A stretch of DNA of 19,063 nt from Promethearchaeota archaeon (GTDB taxonomy: Archaea > Asgardarchaeota > Lokiarchaeia > Sigyniarchaeales > SOKP01). How positions within the stretch are numbered: position 1 is the stretch's first letter; every line of letters starts with the position of its first letter. The notes below the pieces were generated by a model that had not been told where the DNA came from, searched no databases, and was given only the letters and a program-made list of their open reading frames with translations. A program made the translations under genes and the position numbers. The stretch spans positions 1 to 19,063 of the forward strand of contig JAFGGO010000037.1 of NCBI GenBank assembly GCA_016930515.1, written 5' to 3'. Shown piece after piece: positions 17,799 through 19,063 of the stretch.

Positions 17799-18748
17799 TA
17801 TTTTTTTCCCTCTTGTTTAATTAACCAATTCTCTAATTTTAAAATACCTTCTTTTAACGATGTTTTGGCCGTCCAATCCATTAATATCTTGGCTTTGGTG
17901 CTATTACATGTTAATTTCATTATTTCCGATTGTGGGTGATGGTGTTTGACATGTTCTATTTGATCCTTATTTTCAACTATCAAAAACGCTAAATCATTGA
18001 TGGAGATATCTTCACCCGTCCCAGCATTAATGATTTCTCCCACACATTTATCAGATTCAGATGCTTTGAAAACAAAGTCGGCGCAATCTTCGACATATAA
18101 TAGATCACGTGTTTGGGTTCCATCTCCAAAAATCTTTAATTTCTCGTTTTTTAATTTCAAGTTCACGAAAATTGAAACGACTCCGCCTTCCATGTTCGTT
18201 TTTTGGAATGGACCGTAAGTATTAAATGGTCTAAGTATTACAATAGGTACTTTTAAGCCGTAATAATAAGATAAAGCTAACTCTTCGGCGGCTAATTTAG
18301 AACCGGCATATGGTGATGCTGGCTTAACTGGGTGCATTTCATCAATTGATTTGTTTGAATCTGCAAGATCATATACCATACATGTTCCCATTAGAATTAC
18401 CTTTGTATTGTATTTTCTCGCTGCTTCTAAAATATTATATGTGCCGATAACATTGTTTTCAAACGCTTTTTCTGGAAAATCAAGACTTTCTTGAACATTT
18501 ATTTGTGCTGCAAGATGAATACAAATTGAAAAATTATATTTAGAAAACAGGTTTTCGATAATTTCTTTTTTTCTTATATCTTCAATAACAATCTCTTTCA
18601 ATCTATAAATATTACGAAATTCTGATAAATTTTCACTATTTCCATTACTTAGGTTATCAATAACAACTACATCATAATTATTTGACAAGAATTTTTTTAC
18701 AACCCACCTTCCGATAAATCCTGCTCCACCAGTGATTAATACACTCAT
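17798..18748 (-). CDS. NAD-dependent epimerase/dehydratase (extended SDR), Pal-like
   Basis: TGGAGFIG, DNLSNG, HLAAQINV, MGTCMVY, YAGSK (YxxxK), RPFNTYGP and GDGTQTRD. Sits between a Polysacc_synt_2 gene and pseC. Confidence 0.88.
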   Translation of the reverse strand: MSVLITGGAGFIGRWVVKKFLSNNYDVVVIDNLSNGNSENLSEFRNIYRLKEIVIEDIRKKEIIENLFSKYNFSICIHLAAQINVQESLDFPEKAFENNVIGTYNILEAARKYNTKVILMGTCMVYDLADSNKSIDEMHPVKPASPYAGSKLAAEELALSYYYGLKVPIVILRPFNTYGPFQKTNMEGGVVSIFVNLKLKNEKLKIFGDGTQTRDLLYVEDCADFVFKASESDKCVGEIINAGTGEDISINDLAFLIVENKDQIEHVKHHHPQSEIMKLTCNSTKAKILMDWTAKTSLKEGILKLENWLIKQEGKK

Positions 18749-18766
18749 AATTATACCTTATTAGTG

Positions 18767-19063
18767 TTATATTATTTTTTTTTTAATTAAAAAATCCTTT
18801 ATTTCTTTTTTTGACAAAAAGGGTCCTTCAGCAGAATTAAAAGGAAGAGTCTCATCAAATTTTTTAACATTCTTATATTTTGAAAAATTAATTAAATCTA
18901 CCAAATCGTTTAATTGAGGGATAACATTATACATTTCATCCATTTCAAATGTTCTTTTTGCCTCTTCAATAGAAAAAAGTTCTTCATATAATTTTTCTCC
19001 AGTAAGAATTCCTATTTCTTCTATTTCAATATCATTCTGAGGTTTTTGATATATATTAGAATA
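18767..19063 (-). CDS. C-terminal 98 aa of a UDP-GlcNAc dehydratase (Polysacc_synt_2; Pen/PseB/CapD-like), truncated by the window edge
   Basis: Not in the ORF track. Manual translation: YSNIYQKPQNDIEIEEIGILTGEKLYEELFSIEEAKRTFEMDEMYNVIP...FNSAEGPFLSKKEIKDFLIKKKII*. It contains the family G-I-x-x-G-E-K-L-x-E-E-L motif; the TAA stop is at 18769-18767. Confidence 0.8.
   Translation of the reverse strand, partial: YSNIYQKPQNDIEIEEIGILTGEKLYEELFSIEEAKRTFEMDEMYNVIPQLNDLVDLINFSKYKNVKKFDETLPFNSAEGPFLSKKEIKDFLIKKKII

Noticed and set aside
8677-17800. Genome-wide TAG reassignment
   Set aside because: TAG ends the 7066-8679 and 18748-17798 genes at plausible C-termini, and no conserved domain is interrupted by TAG.
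3804-18218. Short alternative-frame or antisense ORFs in the track (3804-4046, 4066-4302, 7457-7648, 8208-8396, 10373-10621, 10957-11214, 12034-12456, 13493-13705, 14307-14645, 14756-14941, 17223-17447, 17733-17939, 17997-18218)
   Set aside because: All overlap well-supported genes and show no recognisable motifs; treated as shadow ORFs.
1-19063. CRISPR arrays, tRNA/rRNA, IS elements, integrases
   Set aside because: No regular repeats, GC-rich structured RNA segments or transposase/recombinase motifs were seen; all spacers are short and AT-rich.

Overview
AT-rich window (visually ~30% GC, not computed) occupied by one surface-glycan locus: 16 complete CDSs and one CDS cut by the right edge, in several convergent and divergent blocks. 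It encodes an apparently complete CMP-nonulosonic acid pathway of the pseudaminic acid type. The core genes are a partial Polysacc_synt_2 dehydratase, a second SDR, a PseC-type aminotransferase, a PseH-like GNAT, the PseG hydrolase, a PseI/NeuB synthase and an SpsF/PseF cytidylyltransferase. The tailoring set is unusually large: two divergent N-acetyl-sugar amidotransferases, a HisH/HisF-like ammonia module (WbuYZ/AglYZ), a Pse-associated methyltransferase, a B12-dependent radical SAM enzyme and a metal-site TIM-barrel protein. Putative transfer/export genes are a Wzx-like flippase, an HP-motif candidate nonulosonate transferase and an 821-aa GT-C/STT3-like membrane protein lacking WWDYG. The membrane proteins and the sparse RBS/TATA-like spacers suggest an archaeal, possibly Asgard (Loki-type), host; this is inference only. 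Sequence-level oddities: the hisH-like gene has no canonical start upstream of its conserved first strand, and amidotransferase, hisH and hisF lie in one frame broken by only two stops. I saw no RNA genes, mobile elements or CRISPR arrays. All family calls come from motif recognition by eye, not database searches.
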